The notes under the pieces: model-generated
What the model saw: only the letters and a program-made list of their open reading frames with translations
What the model was told of the DNA's origin: nothing
The model's database searches: none
DNA from: Candidatus Omnitrophota bacterium
GTDB taxonomy: Bacteria > Omnitrophota > Omnitrophia > Omnitrophales > Aquincolibacteriaceae
Direction of reading: 5' to 3'
NCBI GenBank assembly: GCA_903884815.1
Contig: CAISGE010000022.1
Span: forward strand, 19,031 to 83,030
DNA: 64,000 nt
Translations under genes and position numbers: made by a program
Part shown: positions 28,059-38,626 of the stretch, in pieces
Numbering within the stretch: position 1 is the stretch's first letter
Layout: each line of letters opens with the position of its first letter

Positions 28059-28640
28059 TTAAAGGCTCGAGTTTTTTTCCTGGACATCTATATCCCGCAA
28101 CACATCCCGAAGGCTGAGATTTTGAGGATTGCCCGCCACGGCGGTCGTGGTCGCATCGTGAATATAGTTTTCTTCTCCGGGACGGATATGCGTTTGCACC
28201 GCTACCGTCCCAGCAGTCGCGGCAACTACGGTTGCGGCCTCCACACCCAGAAGCCCGGTCCCGCCGCTGGTTCCGGCCGCCGCAGCCCCCACCGGCATCG
28301 CGACGGTGGCAATCCCCCCGGCAACACCCAGCGTCATCATGGTCGCCGCGAAAACATAGACCTTTTTCCGGTCGCTCACAGGCCCATCGTAAGGAATATC
28401 GCCGGATTTTGTTTTGGCATCCAGCATTTCATAATCCGGCCGGATCTCACGCTTTACGAAGCCTTTAAAAGGATCTTTCGTATTATCTTTCTTTCGCAGG
28501 CTCACGAACGACTTGCCGGTCTGCGGGTGCTCGCGGACAAAGACCTTCTCCGGAGCTTCCTGCAGCACTTCGGACTCTCCCGCGAAAATGGGTCCGGCGG
28601 CCAAGATCATCGCAAGACCCCAAACAAGCGACTTTTTCAT
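28059..28640 (-). CDS. Hypothetical exported/membrane protein
   Basis: Signal peptide MKKSLVWG, Gly/Ala-rich hydrophobic hairpin; ATGA overlap with the upstream gene. Confidence 0.7.
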   Translation of the reverse strand: MKKSLVWGLAMILAAGPIFAGESEVLQEAPEKVFVREHPQTGKSFVSLRKKDNTKDPFKGFVKREIRPDYEMLDAKTKSGDIPYDGPVSDRKKVYVFAATMMTLGVAGGIATVAMPVGAAAAGTSGGTGLLGVEAATVVAATAGTVAVQTHIRPGEENYIHDATTTAVAGNPQNLSLRDVLRDIDVQEKNSSL

Positions 28641-29251
28641 GGTTTGCTCCCCGCCCACCGCTGGGTCCGTATCGCGTCCTGAATATAGAGCACAATGCTT
28701 TCCGTATTATTTTCAAGCGCTGCGTTGAAATTCACCTGGGGACCACCTCTTTTAGCGAACACTTTTTTGGAATCGCTTTTGCCGGAGGTACGAAAGCGAT
28801 CGAGAAGTGCGAGATGAGTGTCGAACGCGAGGGTCTCCGTTTCAAAAGAAACGGTCTGGCCCTTCATCGTCACATCATTCTCAAAAGCCTTGGGCCGAAT
28901 ATAGATGAGATACGGGATCGCGTATCGGACAAGCATCTCCTGTGTCGGTTCATCCTCGATTAAAATGAACTCCCCAAAACCCCTTTGAAATCCTTCGATC
29001 AGGATCGGGACATAGGCTTCTCCGATGTGATAGGTCTGGGGATCCGCGAAGCGGCCGCCTTTGTTTTTGGAGATGAGCTCGGGAAGAGAGGGATCGAGAT
29101 AAAGCGCGATGCGTTGCGGGGCGGGTTGCACGCGTTCATAGAATCTTTGGGAAAGGACCGCCGGCGCGTGAATGTCCCAGCCAAAGAGCGTGGCACAACC
29201 GGAGCAGACGAACGCAAGAATCATGACCCGCAGCGCATGGCTCATTTTCAT
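28637..29251 (-). CDS. Putative lipoprotein
   Basis: Lipobox-like CSG|C after a hydrophobic stretch; promoter directly upstream. Confidence 0.75.
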   Translation of the reverse strand: MKMSHALRVMILAFVCSGCATLFGWDIHAPAVLSQRFYERVQPAPQRIALYLDPSLPELISKNKGGRFADPQTYHIGEAYVPILIEGFQRGFGEFILIEDEPTQEMLVRYAIPYLIYIRPKAFENDVTMKGQTVSFETETLAFDTHLALLDRFRTSGKSDSKKVFAKRGGPQVNFNAALENNTESIVLYIQDAIRTQRWAGSKP

Positions 29252-29257
29252 GGAGGG

Positions 29258-29286
29258 ATTCTATCCTTCACCCGCAAAGCCGTCAA
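29258..29286 (-). promoter_or_regulatory. sigma70 promoter, leaderless configuration
   Basis: TTGACG-17 nt-TAGAAT-6 nt-ATG. Confidence 0.7.
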
Positions 29287-29304
29287 AAGCAACGCCGCCT
29301 TCGT

Positions 29305-30006
29305 TCAAACGCCTTCCTGCAATAACCGGCGATGGCGTTCCAACCACTGTTTCGCCCGGAGAAAATCCGGCATAAGAGCTTCCACTTTTTTCCAGTAGCG
29401 CTTCGAGTGATTCAGTTCCTCAAGATGAACGACTTCATGAACCACCACATAATCGATGACGTCTCGCGGGGCCATGACAAGCCGCCAGCTAAAATTCAAA
29501 GTTCCCTTGGAACTGCAGGATCCCCAGCGCCCGTTCGCGTTCGAGATCCCGATCCCGGCGTAGCGGGCCCCCGTCATTCCGATGTAATACCGAACGCGGC
29601 TGGTAAAAAGCTCCATCGCCTGCTCCCGGTACCAATCGCGGAAGAGCCATCGGGCCAAAAGCACACAGCCCTCTCTCAGAACGAATCCTTTTTCACTCAA
29701 GACCAGCGGCCCATAGGTTCCGGGAACGACAAAAAGCTCGTGCTCTTCCCCGAGATACAGGAATTTCTCACCGGCGGTGAAAGTCTTGGGCTTTGCGGGA
29801 AGATAATGCTCACGGGCGAAACGCTGTTTGTTCAGGATCCACGGAAGCTTTTGCCGGACCACCTCATGGATCGACTCAAGGGACATCTTGGGGGGAACCC
29901 GGACGATCAGATGGGCTTCGGCCGTAACCTGCAACCCCACCGTCCTGCGTTTCGATCGGATGATCTTATGAATGGGATGGTGATCCTCGCCCGACTGTTG
30001 CTTCAC
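29305..30006 (-). CDS. YgjP/DUF45-like (M48/SprT-like) zinc metalloprotein
   Basis: RWGSCS, NFSWRL, YVVVHE..HL...NHS. Confidence 0.9.
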   Translation of the reverse strand: MKQQSGEDHHPIHKIIRSKRRTVGLQVTAEAHLIVRVPPKMSLESIHEVVRQKLPWILNKQRFAREHYLPAKPKTFTAGEKFLYLGEEHELFVVPGTYGPLVLSEKGFVLREGCVLLARWLFRDWYREQAMELFTSRVRYYIGMTGARYAGIGISNANGRWGSCSSKGTLNFSWRLVMAPRDVIDYVVVHEVVHLEELNHSKRYWKKVEALMPDFLRAKQWLERHRRLLQEGV

Positions 30007-30536
30007 GATATTTTTCCGCGTCTCTCGGATGGTGAGAAAATGTAGAAAGCCTTACCAATAACGTTCTTTTTTTTCACAAATCCCCATTGCCGGCTATCGG
30101 CAGAATAGGCGGAATGATCCCCTAAAACAAAATACGAATCTGCGGGTATTTGTATGGCTTGGCCTTTCTTACCAAATTCCCATTCTTCTTTGTTTAAATA
30201 AATTCTACTCCGGGGTATCTGAACCGTATCCATTAACTTCCCATCAATGAAAATGTTGCCGCTATCGATCCTTAGCTGCTCCTTGGGCATCCCGATAATT
30301 CTTTTCAACATATCCACCTTAGGGTTTAAAGGATAGGAAAATAAAATCACATCCCCCCGCCTGGGCTCCTGGAACTTATACGTCACTGTATCAATAAAAA
30401 TTGAATCACCTATTCGCAATGCCGGAGCCATTGCATTAGTAGGAATTTTACACGGGTGCACGGCAACCCTAAAAGCAGCCATGAAGAAAACCACTGCGAT
30501 AATAATGGCGAAGCTAATCACATGTTCTTTTTTCAT
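30003..30536 (-). CDS. lepB: Signal peptidase I-like protein (catalytic Ser box atypical)
   Basis: RGDVILF, KRIIG.P, YFVLGD....S.DSR.WGFV; box B reads IPTNAM.P; low GC. Confidence 0.8.
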   Translation of the reverse strand: MKKEHVISFAIIIAVVFFMAAFRVAVHPCKIPTNAMAPALRIGDSIFIDTVTYKFQEPRRGDVILFSYPLNPKVDMLKRIIGMPKEQLRIDSGNIFIDGKLMDTVQIPRSRIYLNKEEWEFGKKGQAIQIPADSYFVLGDHSAYSADSRQWGFVKKKNVIGKAFYIFSPSERRGKIS

Positions 30537-30669
30537 TGAAAAGAACCTCCGCCGGATAGTTTGAAGACGTGCCGATCAGTCTTTAGATTATCGGCAACCC
30601 AGGGGGACGAAATGAGACGCATTTTAAACTTAAATCCAGACACTGACCAGGGGAAGGGCTTTGGTCTGA

Positions 30670-30900
30670 CTAGTAATTAAAAAGGTCGCGGTGAGCAAAT
30701 TTAAGCTCGGGAAGCGCGAGATGTATGGCGTTCAAGATCTTCGTTTTGGCCTTGGAGGTGAGCCGTCTTCCTTTGCGCGCCTTCTGCACCACTTTATGGG
30801 AAAGTTGCTCGGTCGAGACCGCGACCAAGGCATGATTGGTAAGCGCGTGTTTGGTCATCAGAGCATCAAGCGGCTGAACCCCGAGATCGTTTTTTTCCAT
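30670..30900 (-). CDS. Small hypothetical protein
   Basis: G.QPLD..M, QLSHK.VQKARKGRRLT, DLFNY; alternative start at 30915. Confidence 0.75.
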   Translation of the reverse strand: MEKNDLGVQPLDALMTKHALTNHALVAVSTEQLSHKVVQKARKGRRLTSKAKTKILNAIHLALPELKFAHRDLFNY

Positions 30901-30911
30901 GGCGTCCCCTG

Positions 30912-31907
30912 TCATTGAAGTTTACTCACGGCGGCAAGAAGATCCTGGGTCGCGGGATATTTTTTAAGTTGCTCAAGAAGCGCGGTGATCGCCTCTAGAG
31001 GCTTCAATCCGGCCAGGGCTCGGCGTATCCGTCGCGCCGGATCCAGTTCCTCAGGAGTGAAAAGCAGCTCTTCTTTACGCGTCCCGCTTTTGGAAATATC
31101 CACCGCGGGGTAAATGCGTTGGCTCGATATCTCGCGCGAGAGATAGATCTCCATATTACCGGTCCCCTTGAACTCTTCAAAAATATACTGGTCCATGCGG
31201 CTCCCGGTATCAACCAGGATGGTCGCGAGGATCGTAAGCGACCCTCCGTGCTCGATCTTGCGCGCGGAGCCAAAAATGCGCCGCGGCACTTCCATCGCCC
31301 GTGCGTCCACGCCACCGGAAAGCGTCCGGCCGCTCGAGCGCTGTTCGGCATTGTGCACGCGCGAAAGTCGCGTTAGCGAATCAACGAGAACCATCACATT
31401 CGCCCCGCCTGCGACCTCACGGTACACCTGTTGCATGAGCTCCCGCGCCGTCTCGATATGGTGATCGTAAGGCTGATCGGAAGAAGACCACCGGACCTCC
31501 GCCGTGACGCTGCGCTTAAAATCGGTAACTTCCTCGGGCCTTTCATCGATCAAAAGACAATAAAGCTTCATCTCCGGACGGCTCTTCGCCACGGCCTGGC
31601 AAAGATGCTTCAGAAAAGTCGTTTTCCCGGATCCCGGAGGCGCCACGATCAAGCCCCGCTGTCCCATGCCGATCGGGCAGATCAGATCCATGACACGCAT
31701 CGTCAGTTCCTGCGAACCGTCTTCCAACCGGATTCGCGGCGTAGGATCGATGGCGGTGCTAGCAAAAAATTTCTGCTCGTCTTCGGATCCCGGACGCCGC
31801 GGATCCTCATGGGAAGGCCGGTAAGAGGGACGGTGGGAAGGAGCTCCCTGTCTTGCGCCTCCCGCATAGGGCTCCCGGCGAGGACCCCGCTCGTTATAAT
31901 TTCTCAT
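30912..31907 (-). CDS. rho: Transcription termination factor Rho, short form
   Basis: PIG.GQR.LIVAPP..GKT, DERPEEVTD, DSLTRL.R, EEFKGTGNME; ATGA overlap with the ABC-F gene. Confidence 0.9.
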   Translation of the reverse strand: MRNYNERGPRREPYAGGARQGAPSHRPSYRPSHEDPRRPGSEDEQKFFASTAIDPTPRIRLEDGSQELTMRVMDLICPIGMGQRGLIVAPPGSGKTTFLKHLCQAVAKSRPEMKLYCLLIDERPEEVTDFKRSVTAEVRWSSSDQPYDHHIETARELMQQVYREVAGGANVMVLVDSLTRLSRVHNAEQRSSGRTLSGGVDARAMEVPRRIFGSARKIEHGGSLTILATILVDTGSRMDQYIFEEFKGTGNMEIYLSREISSQRIYPAVDISKSGTRKEELLFTPEELDPARRIRRALAGLKPLEAITALLEQLKKYPATQDLLAAVSKLQ

Positions 31908-33712
31908 TTCTGAATTTTTTCCATTTTCTTCACGAGAGTATTCCACTCGGATTCGGCGTCCTCGATCTGGATCTGCAATTCTTTGAGGCGCGTGTTACGG
32001 TCTTTGGAGAAATGGAGCGGATTTTTCGACATTTCCTCAAGGACTTTGTTCCGTTCCTCGGTAAAGTGCCGGGCGCGGCCTTCGGCTTTTTCGATGGCCT
32101 TTTGAAGCTTCTTCATCTCGGCCTTTTCTCCGCCACTTTTAGATTCCTGGATGGCCGTGTTCCCTCCGGAGCCGTTCCCGTTTGAAGAGGAAACAGGTAC
32201 CACTTCATCGTCATCTTCCTCTTCGCCGCGAGCCACTTGTTCGAGATGATACACATAATCCTCATAGGTCCCGGGGTAATGCATGATGCGTCCTTTTTTC
32301 ACCTCAATAATGCTGGAGGCCAAAAGATTCACAAAGGTACGATCGTGACTGATAAAAACCACAGTTCCGGAGAACGTCTTGAGGGCATTGCCCAGGGCTT
32401 CCACGGTCTCAAAATCCAAATGGTTCGTCGGTTCGTCAAGAAGCAGCACATGGCTCTTGGAAAGCAGTATGCCCGCCAGCACCAACCGCGCGCGCTCACC
32501 GCCGCTTAAGACCTTGATCTTCTTCTCGACATCATCCCCTTTGAAAAGAAAGCACCCCGCCATATTGAGCACATCCTGACGGGTAACGCCCTGGGCGCTT
32601 TCGCGCAAAAGATAAGTGTAAACATCATCTTCCGGGTCCAGCACCGCAAAGACATGCTGCGCGTAGTAAGCGATCTTGAGTCCCGTTCCCCAACGGAAAC
32701 TGCCGCCTTTAGGCGCCAGACTCCCCGCGAGCGTCCTTAAGAAAGTCGTCTTCCCTTCGCCGTTATTACCGAGCACCGCGACGTGTTTTCCACGGTCGAT
32801 CTCGACTTGGATGTCGCGGGCGATATCTTTCTCGGGATAACCGATCACAAGGTCCTCGCACATCACCGCGACACCGGCCTTGGGTTCCACGTAAGGAATG
32901 TTGATCTTGACCGTGCTCATGGGATGCGCGATCTCGATCGTCTTGAGTTTAGAGAGCTGCTTCATCTTCGACTGCGCGCGTGTCGCCGTCGAAGCCTTAG
33001 CTTTGAACCGGTCGATGAAAGTCTGGAGTTGTTCGCGCTTCTTATCCAGGCCCTTGTTGTAGGCCTGTTTCTGGGCGAGTTGTTCTTCCTTGAACGCAAA
33101 ATAATCTTCGACATCCCCGGGGAATAGAGCGAGCTGTCCGTTCTCCACCTCGAGCGTATGATCGCAGGTGCGCTTCAGAAATTCACGGTCATGCGAGACG
33201 ACCAGACAACCGCCTCTGAAATTCAGCAGGAAATTCTCCAGAAGGATCAGCGTGCTCAAGTCCAGATAGTTACTCGGTTCGTCCAGAATCAGGAAATTGG
33301 GGTCGCCCAGAAGCATCGCCGCGAGCTTCACGCGGGTCTGGAAGCCTCCGGGAAGATTGCGCACGGATTGTTCGAGGATCTCGTTTTTGAGCTGAAAACG
33401 CGCGGCGATCTGCCCGCATTCCCAATGCTCCGCCCGGGTCGTTCGCATCAGGAAGTCCAGAACATTCTCCCCCGGCTTGAAGGTGTCATGCTGTTCCAGA
33501 TAAGAAAGCCGAAGCGCGGTATTGCGCGTGATGCTGCCGCTATCAGCCGACTCGTGTCCGGTGATGATGCGGCATAGCGTGGATTTCCCGGCTCCATTAC
33601 GACCGATGACGCCAATCTTCTGGTCGTCTCCGAACGACGCGGTCGCATTGTCCAGGATCGTCACAGCACCATAAGCTTTATGGAGTTCGTTCACTTGCAA
33701 TAAAACAGTCAT
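31904..33712 (-). CDS. ABC-F family ATPase
   Basis: Two Walker A motifs (GRNGAGKS, GNNGEGKT), LDEP.N.LD twice, no TM segments. Confidence 0.93.
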   Translation of the reverse strand: MTVLLQVNELHKAYGAVTILDNATASFGDDQKIGVIGRNGAGKSTLCRIITGHESADSGSITRNTALRLSYLEQHDTFKPGENVLDFLMRTTRAEHWECGQIAARFQLKNEILEQSVRNLPGGFQTRVKLAAMLLGDPNFLILDEPSNYLDLSTLILLENFLLNFRGGCLVVSHDREFLKRTCDHTLEVENGQLALFPGDVEDYFAFKEEQLAQKQAYNKGLDKKREQLQTFIDRFKAKASTATRAQSKMKQLSKLKTIEIAHPMSTVKINIPYVEPKAGVAVMCEDLVIGYPEKDIARDIQVEIDRGKHVAVLGNNGEGKTTFLRTLAGSLAPKGGSFRWGTGLKIAYYAQHVFAVLDPEDDVYTYLLRESAQGVTRQDVLNMAGCFLFKGDDVEKKIKVLSGGERARLVLAGILLSKSHVLLLDEPTNHLDFETVEALGNALKTFSGTVVFISHDRTFVNLLASSIIEVKKGRIMHYPGTYEDYVYHLEQVARGEEEDDDEVVPVSSSNGNGSGGNTAIQESKSGGEKAEMKKLQKAIEKAEGRARHFTEERNKVLEEMSKNPLHFSKDRNTRLKELQIQIEDAESEWNTLVKKMEKIQK

Positions 33713-33776
33713 GATCTCAACTTTCTTTACTTACGGATTAACAAAAAGACCGGCATTGAAAATAGGGTGTGAACTG

Positions 33777-34919
33777 TTAGACGCGGGAAGCAACGATCTT
33801 TGAAGCAGCGTCTGGCGTGATATCCTTGTGTTCTCCAAAAACGGAATCCCGTTCCGCAAAGCGTTCGCGAACCTTCCGGGAAGCCTCTTTGGCGTCAATC
33901 TTATAGTCGCCAAAACGCGTGGGCATCTTCACGGCATGGAAAAACGCCTCCGTCTTCATCATGGCCTCTTTCGCCGTCTTGACGCCCCAGACGCGCCGGC
34001 CGTACTGCTCGAGCTTCTTTTTTTTCGCGGTCAATTTGTATTGCCACACCCCGGGCAGCACGATCGCGAGGGTCTCGGCGTGATCGAGGCCGTAAAAAGC
34101 GGTCAATTCGTGCGCGATCATGTGGGTGGACCAGTCCTGCGGGACGCCGCAGCCGATCAACGTATTCAAGGCAAGTGTCGCACTCCACATGAACGTAGCG
34201 CGAGATTCGTAATCGTTATGCTTTTTTAGCACGGTGGGAGCCACCTCGATCAGGGTCTGAAGAAGCGACTCCGCCATCCGGTCCTGCAGTGGCGCATGTG
34301 CCGGATAAGTGATGTACTGCTCCATCACGTGGATAAAGGCGTCCACGATCCCATTACGAAGTTGCTTTTCAGGCAATGAGAATGTCGTTTCCGGATCGAG
34401 CACAGAAAACTTCGGGAACACATAGGACGAATAAAAATGAAGCTTTTCCTGTGTGGCCTTGCGTGAGATGACAGAATTCCCGTTCGATTCGGAGCCCGTC
34501 GCCGGAAGCGTCAAAATAGTTCCTAGCGGCAAAGCCGATTTGACGTTCGCGCCGTGTTCCCTAAGAATAGCCCAAAGATCGGACCCGGTAAAGATCGCTG
34601 CCGCCGCGATAAACTTGCCCGCATCCAGGACCGATCCTCCGCCCACCGCGAGGATAAAACCGATCTTTTCTTTTTTTACGACCTCGACAGCCTTCACGCA
34701 AGTCTCAAAAAGAGGATTGACCTCGATACCGCCAAACTCGGTCACGTGAAAGCCTTTAAGCGACGCCTTAACCTGCTCATAGACGCCGTTCTTCTTGATC
34801 GAACCGCCGCCGTAGAGGAAAAGGACGCCCGTGTCTTTGGGGATACGTCCCGCGATCTCGCGGATCATACCCTTACCAAAGAGGATCTCTGTGGGGTTTT
34901 TATAAGTAAAATTCTGCAT
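33777..34919 (-). CDS. Iron-containing alcohol dehydrogenase (YqhD-like)
   Basis: YGGGSIK.NG, AVGGGS.LD, TLPATGSE.N, DW.TH.I.HE. Confidence 0.93.
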   Translation of the reverse strand: MQNFTYKNPTEILFGKGMIREIAGRIPKDTGVLFLYGGGSIKKNGVYEQVKASLKGFHVTEFGGIEVNPLFETCVKAVEVVKKEKIGFILAVGGGSVLDAGKFIAAAAIFTGSDLWAILREHGANVKSALPLGTILTLPATGSESNGNSVISRKATQEKLHFYSSYVFPKFSVLDPETTFSLPEKQLRNGIVDAFIHVMEQYITYPAHAPLQDRMAESLLQTLIEVAPTVLKKHNDYESRATFMWSATLALNTLIGCGVPQDWSTHMIAHELTAFYGLDHAETLAIVLPGVWQYKLTAKKKKLEQYGRRVWGVKTAKEAMMKTEAFFHAVKMPTRFGDYKIDAKEASRKVRERFAERDSVFGEHKDITPDAASKIVASRV

Positions 34920-34941
34920 GGGGAAATACTTCTACCCTTTC

Positions 34942-34972
34942 AAGTCCCGGTCTTCTGAAAAGACCGGGACTT
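34942..34972. terminator. Strong hairpin downstream of ahcY
   Basis: AAGTCCCGGTCTT-CTGAA-AAGACCGGGACTT; weak U-tract on the minus strand. Confidence 0.5.
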
Positions 34973-34981
34973 TACGGGATT

Positions 34982-36421
34982 TTAATATTTGTAGTGCTCG
35001 GCCTTATAGGGACCGTCGAAAGGAACATCAAGATACTCGGACTGCTTTTGGGTAAGCCTTGTGAGCTTGGCGCCGAGCTTATCGAGATGGAGCCGTGCAA
35101 CCTCTTCATCCAGCTTCTTGTCAAGACGATAGACCCCGGGTTTTTTGGGGTTCATCACAAGATCGATCTGCGCAAGCGTCTGATTCGTGAAGGAATTCGA
35201 CATCACGAAACTCGGATGACCCGTTGCACAGCCCAGATTCACAAGACGTCCTTCCGCGAGAAGAATGATCGAGTGGCCATCCGGAAAAATGTATTTATCG
35301 ACCTGCGGCTTGATGTTGATCTTCTTGATCCCGGGCCACGTCTCAAGCTTGGCGACCTGGATCTCATTGTCAAAATGCCCGATGTTGCAGACGATCGACT
35401 CATCCTTCATCTTGGACATGTGTTCGGCCGTGATCACATCGATATTGCCTGTCGTGGTCACGTAAATATCTCCGATATCCAGCACATCTTCGAGACGCGC
35501 CACCTGATAACCCGCCATCGTCGCCTGAAGCGCGCAAATCGGGTCGATCTCGGTCACGATGACCCTCGCCTTAAGCGCGGAAAGTGACTGTGCGCTTCCT
35601 TTTCCGACATCGCCGAACCCGAGAACCACGGCAACCTTGCCCGCGATCATCACATCCGTCGCGCGCTTGATCCCGTCCACCAGCGACTCCCGGCAGCCGT
35701 AAAGATTGTCGAACTTGGACTTGGTCACCGAATCGTTCACGTTGATGGCAGGCACCAGAAGTTTCCCCTGTTCCTGCATCTTATAGAGCCGGTGAACGCC
35801 GGTCGTCGTTTCTTCGGAAACACCTTCCCATTCCTTGACGACGCCGTGCCATTTCTTGGGCTCGCTTTTCATGATCGTTTTGAGAAGCTTGAAAAGCTCG
35901 ATCTCGTCCTGAGTCTCGACCTTTTGGTCGAGGAGCTTGGGGTTCTTCTCCGCGTCCAATCCAAGATGGATCATGAGCGTCGCATCGCCGCCGTCATCCA
36001 CGATAAGGTTCGGCCCCTTACCCCCCGGAAAATTGAGCGCCTGAAGCGTGCACCACCAGTATTCCTCCAGCGTCTCCCCCTTCCAAGCGAAGACCGGGAT
36101 CCCGCGTGCCGCGATCGCGGCCGCCGCGTGATCTTGTGTGGAGAAAATGTTGCAGGAGCACCAACGCACGTCTGCCCCGAGTTCCACGAGCGTCTCGATC
36201 AGGACCGCGGTCTGGATTGTCATATGAAGGCTGCCCATGATGCGCTTGCCCTTAAGAGGCTTCTGAGGACCGTATTTCGCGCGTGTCGCCATAAGACCCG
36301 GCATTTCCTTCTCGGCCATATCAAGTTCTTTGCGGCCCCAGGCGGCCAGGGAAAGGTCGGCGACTTTAAAGTCGTTTTTTATTTTTAAGGCAGCGGTTTT
36401 CTTTGCTGTTTTTTTTGTCAT
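34982..36421 (-). CDS. ahcY: Adenosylhomocysteinase
   Basis: [46 protein letters not shown]. Confidence 0.98.
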   Translation of the reverse strand: MTKKTAKKTAALKIKNDFKVADLSLAAWGRKELDMAEKEMPGLMATRAKYGPQKPLKGKRIMGSLHMTIQTAVLIETLVELGADVRWCSCNIFSTQDHAAAAIAARGIPVFAWKGETLEEYWWCTLQALNFPGGKGPNLIVDDGGDATLMIHLGLDAEKNPKLLDQKVETQDEIELFKLLKTIMKSEPKKWHGVVKEWEGVSEETTTGVHRLYKMQEQGKLLVPAINVNDSVTKSKFDNLYGCRESLVDGIKRATDVMIAGKVAVVLGFGDVGKGSAQSLSALKARVIVTEIDPICALQATMAGYQVARLEDVLDIGDIYVTTTGNIDVITAEHMSKMKDESIVCNIGHFDNEIQVAKLETWPGIKKINIKPQVDKYIFPDGHSIILLAEGRLVNLGCATGHPSFVMSNSFTNQTLAQIDLVMNPKKPGVYRLDKKLDEEVARLHLDKLGAKLTRLTQKQSEYLDVPFDGPYKAEHYKY

Positions 36422-36443
36422 GGTTTTTTCTTTTCTATTAAAA

Positions 36444-36510
36444 ACCGTCATCCTGAGTGAAGCGAAGGATCCCGTTTTGAGATTCTTCGCCTGCGGCTCA
36501 GAATGACGGT
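36444..36510. repeat. GTCATCCTGAG...CTCAGAATGAC palindromic element
   Basis: ACCGTCATCCTGAGTGAAGCGAAGGATC...GATTCTTCGCCTGCGGCTCAGAATGACGGT; resembles a widespread bacterial intergenic palindrome type. Confidence 0.75.
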
Positions 36511-36529
36511 ATTGTTTAAAACTGCGAAA

Positions 36530-37717
36530 TTAGGCTGCGCAGGTAACTTTGCTGCAACCGCAATTATCTTTAAGCTTCAGTGCTTTGCGGAGCGCGGCCA
36601 CCTTATCGGTCTTTTCCCAGGTGAAACCGGCTTCCGAACGGCCGAAGTGCCCGTACGCGGCGGTCTTGTTGTAAATCGGACGGCGCAGATCAAGCGTCGC
36701 AATAATGCCCCGGGGCGTAAAATCGAAAACCTTCGTTACGGCGTCCGAGATCGCTTCTTCGCTCACTTTGTTCGTCCCAAACGTGTCCACGCGGATCGAA
36801 ACGGGCTTTGCCACGCCGATCGCGTAGGAGACCTGAATCTCACAGCTCGTCGCGAGACCTGCCGCCACGATATTCTTCGCGACATAGCGCGCGAAATAAG
36901 CAGCCGAACGGTCGACCTTGGAAGGATCTTTACCGCTAAACGCTCCGCCGCCGTGACGGCCCATGCCGCCGTAGGTGTCGACGATGATCTTGCGACCCGT
37001 AAGACCGGTATCCCCGTGCGGCCCGCCGACCTCAAAGCGTCCGGTCGGATTGATGAAGATCTTCGTGTTCTTGTCCATGAGATTGGCCGGTATAACTTTC
37101 TTGATCACTTTTTCTGTGAGATCTTTCGTGATGGTCGGAAGAGTCACGTCCCCGTCATGCTGGGAACTCAGGACCACCGCTTCGACACGCACCGGTTTTT
37201 CATTGTCGTACTCAACCGTAACCTGGCTCTTTGAGTCGGGACGAAGGTACTTGATCTTGCCGGATTTCCTAACGGCGGCCAGATAACGGACCAGTTTTTG
37301 CGCCAGCATGATCGGGAGCGGCATGAGCTCTTCCGTTTCATCCGTCGCATATCCAAACATCATGCCCTGATCCCCGGCGCCTCCGGTATCCACGCCCATG
37401 GCGATATCGGGCGACTGGGTATGAAGGGCGATATCGACGCGGCAGGTTTTGTAATCGAAACCGATCTTGGGATCCACGTAGCCGATCTTGCGGATCACTT
37501 CTCGCGCGACCTTCTCGGCATCCACCTTCGTTTTGCTCGTGATCTCGCCGGCAATCGTCAAGCGGTCCGTCGTTGCCAGGCATTCGCAGGCCACGCGCGA
37601 GGCGGGATCTCCCGCGAGATAGGCATCGAGGATCGCGTCCGAGACTTGGTCGCAGACCTTGTCCGGATGCCCTTCAGAAACGGATTCGGAGGTAAAGAAA
37701 TAATGACCTTTTTTCAT
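36530..37717 (-). CDS. metK: S-adenosylmethionine synthetase
   Basis: [28 protein letters not shown]; start at MKKGHYF. Confidence 0.98.
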   Translation of the reverse strand: MKKGHYFFTSESVSEGHPDKVCDQVSDAILDAYLAGDPASRVACECLATTDRLTIAGEITSKTKVDAEKVAREVIRKIGYVDPKIGFDYKTCRVDIALHTQSPDIAMGVDTGGAGDQGMMFGYATDETEELMPLPIMLAQKLVRYLAAVRKSGKIKYLRPDSKSQVTVEYDNEKPVRVEAVVLSSQHDGDVTLPTITKDLTEKVIKKVIPANLMDKNTKIFINPTGRFEVGGPHGDTGLTGRKIIVDTYGGMGRHGGGAFSGKDPSKVDRSAAYFARYVAKNIVAAGLATSCEIQVSYAIGVAKPVSIRVDTFGTNKVSEEAISDAVTKVFDFTPRGIIATLDLRRPIYNKTAAYGHFGRSEAGFTWEKTDKVAALRKALKLKDNCGCSKVTCAA

Positions 37718-37724
37718 GGTGGTG

Positions 37725-38489
37725 TTACTCCTTTGGATTTGTTGGGGTCTTAACGATGGCGTTGGCTTTCTGATAAGAGTCGAGGTCGCCGATGTCCAAC
37801 CACTTCCCCTTAAGAGAAAAAGCAAATAGGCCCGCTGTTTCAGCCAGCCAACGCATATAATGGCCGGGTTGGTCGATATTATGGCCGCTTGTGATATACC
37901 TGTCAAGCAGGCTCCACGTCTCCTTAGGGAGCCAATAGATGCCGCTGGAAGCAAGCGTGGTCATAGGTTGAGGCGGTTTCTCCTGGAATTCCAGGATTTT
38001 CCCTTCAGAATCGGTCCGGACAAGGCCGTAGCGCTTGGCGAGCTCCTTTTCCCCGACGTCATAGACCGCGATCACGCCGTGCGGTCTTTTCTTTTTTCCG
38101 AAATCCACGAACGAACCCAGATCAAAATCAAAGAAATTGTCGCCCGCAATCACGAGAAGGTCGGACGGCGGCACCTGTTTTGTATTGAGCGTGTAAGCCA
38201 GGTCCCCGATCGCTCCGAGCCGGGTCTCGTTGTTCAGGGTGTGATCATTCACGACCTCGACCGGCCAGGGATATTTTACTTTCATCGCCCAGGCTTCAAA
38301 ATGTCCGGCGAATTTCTGATTGCTCACAAGGTAAACCGCATCAACATCCCCGACCTTCTCGACCCGTTCCAGGATCCACTCCAGGATCGGACGATTCCCG
38401 ACCGGAAGAAGCGGCTTCGGCATATTCTCGGTTAGAGGATAAAGACGCGTCGGGTATCCCGCGCACAGGACAATGACTTTTAAACCCAT
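37725..38489 (-). CDS. Sugar-phosphate nucleotidyltransferase family protein
   Basis: L.AGY.TRLYPLT...PKPLL, AGDN, W.DIG. Confidence 0.9.
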   Translation of the reverse strand: MGLKVIVLCAGYPTRLYPLTENMPKPLLPVGNRPILEWILERVEKVGDVDAVYLVSNQKFAGHFEAWAMKVKYPWPVEVVNDHTLNNETRLGAIGDLAYTLNTKQVPPSDLLVIAGDNFFDFDLGSFVDFGKKKRPHGVIAVYDVGEKELAKRYGLVRTDSEGKILEFQEKPPQPMTTLASSGIYWLPKETWSLLDRYITSGHNIDQPGHYMRWLAETAGLFAFSLKGKWLDIGDLDSYQKANAIVKTPTNPKE

Positions 38490-38519
38490 AATTCACCTCA
38501 TTTGAGAGAACTGACCGTC

Positions 38520-38554
38520 AAAAAAAGAAGGGAAGCGCCTCACCAGACGCCTCC
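38520..38554 (-). terminator. Intrinsic terminator in the leader of the NTP-transferase-metK-ahcY genes
   Basis: Minus strand: GGAGGCGTCT-GGTG-AGGCGCTTCC followed by CTTCTTTTTTT. Confidence 0.7.
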
Positions 38555-38626
38555 ATCGATTCAAAGGGGATCTTTCCAAAAAGCTTAGATGCTCATCCCT
38601 CTGGATGAGCATAAAACATCGCCCTC

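Noticed and set aside
37718-37954. Apparent N-terminal extension of MetK
   Set aside because: It overlaps the nucleotidyltransferase gene; an SD (AAGGAG) supports the start at 37717
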